This document shows, piece by piece, positions 61,798 to 64,000 of a stretch of DNA of 64,000 bases. The translations under genes were made by a program, and so were the position numbers. Under the pieces are notes generated by a model. The model saw only the letters and a list, made by a program, of their open reading frames with translations. It had not been told where the DNA came from and made no database searches. Location: assembly GCA_964252035.1 (NCBI GenBank), contig OZ176211.1, one strand, 5' to 3'. Source of the stretch: Podarcis erhardii. Taxonomy: Eukaryota. How positions within the stretch are numbered: the first letter of the stretch is position 1; each line of letters starts with the position of its first letter.

Positions 61798-62150
61798 AGT
61801 GGTGGCGCTGTGAGTTAAACCACAGAGCCTAGGACTTGCCGATTAGAAGGTCGGCAGTTCGAATCCCCGCGACAGGGTGAGCTCCCGTTGCTCGGTCCCA
61901 GCTCCTGCCAACCTAGCAGTATGAAAGCACGTCAAAGTGCAAGTAGATAAATAGGTACCGCTCTGGCAGGAAGGTAAACAGCATTTCCATGCGCTGCTCT
62001 GGTTCTCCAGAAGCGGCTTAGTCATGCTGGCCACATGACCTGGAAGCTGTACACCGGCTCCCTTGGCCAATAAAGCAAGATGAGCGCCGCAACCCCCGAG
62101 TCGGCCACAACTGGACCTAATGATCAGGGGTCCCTTTACCTTTACCTTTA
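61798..62150 (+). mobile_element. Sauria SINE, subtype B
   Basis: GGTGGCGCTGTGAGTTAAACC...CCCTTTACCTTTACCTTTA. Confidence 0.95.
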
Positions 62151-62225
62151 AGGATAGTTCACAACATCTGTTGTCTTGATCTTTCCCACTGTATGGCAAT
62201 CTGTCATGGATGCTTTAGTTGAGAG

Positions 62226-62295
62226 TCCTGCATTTGCAGGGGACTGGGCTGGATGACTCCTACGGTCCCTTCCAACACTACAATTCTATGATTCC
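62226..62295 (+). mobile_element. CR1 (or CR1-tailed SINE) 3' end
   Basis: GCAGGGGACTGGGCTGGATGACTCC..GGTCCCTTCCAACACTACAATTCTATGATTC. Confidence 0.8.
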
Positions 62296-63202
62296 CAGAA
62301 TTCCCATATGATGAACTGTGGACTTCTCTGACTGCAGATGGGCTGCCTGATCTTCTCTTTGTCCCTGATCGTATGCAGTCAAATTAATGGAAATCATAGA
62401 GAATTGTTAAAAATGAAGTCCTTTGTTATGCTTTTCTTTTCTTGGTCATACTGCCACATGTTTCTCACTACAAGAAGCAAGGACATCTGCAAACCTCTAC
62501 ATTCACCAAAGAATTGAAACTGCTATTTTAATGTCAGACATCATTTCCTATTTTGGGAAGTCTCCAGTAACTTTGCTGGAGTGAATAATACAGTCTGATT
62601 GTATCATGAAATTGGTATGCTTCCTTGACTCACAGATACACTGCTAATTTAAATAATAGTCTACCAGTCTGACATTGTCAGACTGTCTGCACTGTCTCCC
62701 AGGGCCATCACGGAGAGAAGGGGCTCTTCAAAGCTACGGCTCAACAGCCTCCCAAACAAACGAATAAAAACACTATTGCAACCAGCAATTTACATCATAA
62801 TATCACAACTGGAAAGAAATTAGTGTGAATGCTGATGAAGTTTTCAAATAGCCAAATGAATTCCTCTCAAAATTATCGGATTCTAGAAAAACTGTAGGAC
62901 AGAGATTTTTTTTTAAAAAAAAAAACCCCAGCAGGGAAGAGAAAAGGAGAATGGAGCATATTTTTAAACACAAGGCAGCTTCACGTCACATATGATTGGC
63001 AGTGTTCCAATGAAACAAAAATAATATCAACAGACGTCAAAGCTCCGAATGAGGTTCATGAATGCTTCCAAAATATAATTCCTGGCCTATTTTGACTCCA
63101 TGTCCGTAGTTTGGTTATAAAGTGCACTTGATGCAACATGGTATGTTAAAATCTCCTCTTTCCCTAAAAGGCGGTGTTTAGACTGCCACAAGAAACCCCT
63201 GA

Positions 63203-63353
63203 NNNNNNNNNNNNNNNNNNNNNNNNNNNNNNNNNNNNNNNNNNNNNNNNNNNNNNNNNNNNNNNNNNNNNNNNNNNNNNNNNNNNNNNNNNNNNNNNNN
63301 NNNNNNNNNNNNNNNNNNNNNNNNNNNNNNNNNNNNNNNNNNNNNNNNNNNNN
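63203..63353. other. Assembly gap
   Basis: N run. Confidence 1.
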
Positions 63354-63399
63354 CAAATTTAATCTTAATTAATTACAATTTTTGTTTAACCTGTAAGAA

Positions 63400-63879
63400 A
63401 GAAGGGCTTTTTCGCTGGCTAGGTTCAATTCTAATCCTTCTAACCTCCTTTGGGGTAGGTTTGCAGGTATGGCAGAAGGAGATAGGATCTGCCCATGCGA
63501 TGCCCACCTGGTGGAAACTCTAGCTCACATGGCCCTTAAACGTGAAATGTATGATGATCTCCGCCAACAATTTCTAGACCATCTATGTATTCTATCATGA
63601 AAACCAGAGACAGAGGTTATACGCTTTTTATTACAGGGGAGAGCCAGGAGCTCACCAAGACAGTAGCTAAGTTCCTCTATTTGATTTTTTTGTCGCCGAA
63701 GTACGCTACAGGATCCTGCCCTTGCTGGAGACCCACAGAGATGAAATAGATTGCTCACCTCTTCTTCCCTTTGGCAAATGATTGTATTGTTGAAATGGTG
63801 AGGAGATCGCACTGGCCTATTTATTCTGAATGTTTGTATGTGATGCCAATAAAGGTTTGATGATGATGATGATGATGAT
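63400..63879 (+). mobile_element. Non-LTR retrotransposon 3' end (RTE-X-like zinc-finger C-terminus) with (GAT)n tail
   Basis: LARFNSNPSNLLWGRFAGMAEGDRICPCDAHLVETLAHMALKREMYDDLRQQFL (R.CPC..E...H....Y..LR pattern), then CCAATAAAGG and (GAT)n at 63858-63879. Confidence 0.65.
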
Positions 63880-64000
63880 AACAGAGCAAACCATCACCCC
63901 TACCCCTTATGCTATGTGGGGGGGGGACACTGGACTGAGTGAAGGCATCCCTCCATTGGGCTCCACTGAACATTCAGGCAGGCAGGAGGCACATGTGGTA

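Noticed and set aside
62975-63005. CACGTCAC-N-GATTGG resembling an ER-stress element
   Set aside because: Does not fit CCAAT-N9-CCACG; no associated transcript signal.

Overview
Vertebrate genomic DNA, almost certainly from a squamate and most likely a lacertid lizard (inferred from the Sauria-SINE, Squam-type SINE and BovB sequences present). It is a draft assembly with five N gaps. I could not recognise any host protein-coding gene, tRNA, snoRNA or miRNA. The ORFs I can assign are transposon fragments (BovB, L2, CR1, Ty3/Gypsy); the rest look like chance ORFs. The window reads as a long intron or intergenic interval packed with mobile DNA: three 5'-truncated BovB LINEs, seven Sauria SINEs of two subtypes, other SINEs, about a dozen hAT-type MITEs with 7-8 bp target-site duplications (TSDs), Tc1/mariner-type MITEs with TA TSDs, a solo LTR, a decayed Gypsy pol and several LINE relics, including nested insertions. 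The unique sequence contains a few promoter-, exon- and enhancer-like signals (best at about 23.1-23.7 kb and 7.2-7.9 kb) that are hypotheses only. I found no convincing novel biological system. All repeat family names come from motif recognition, not database searches.
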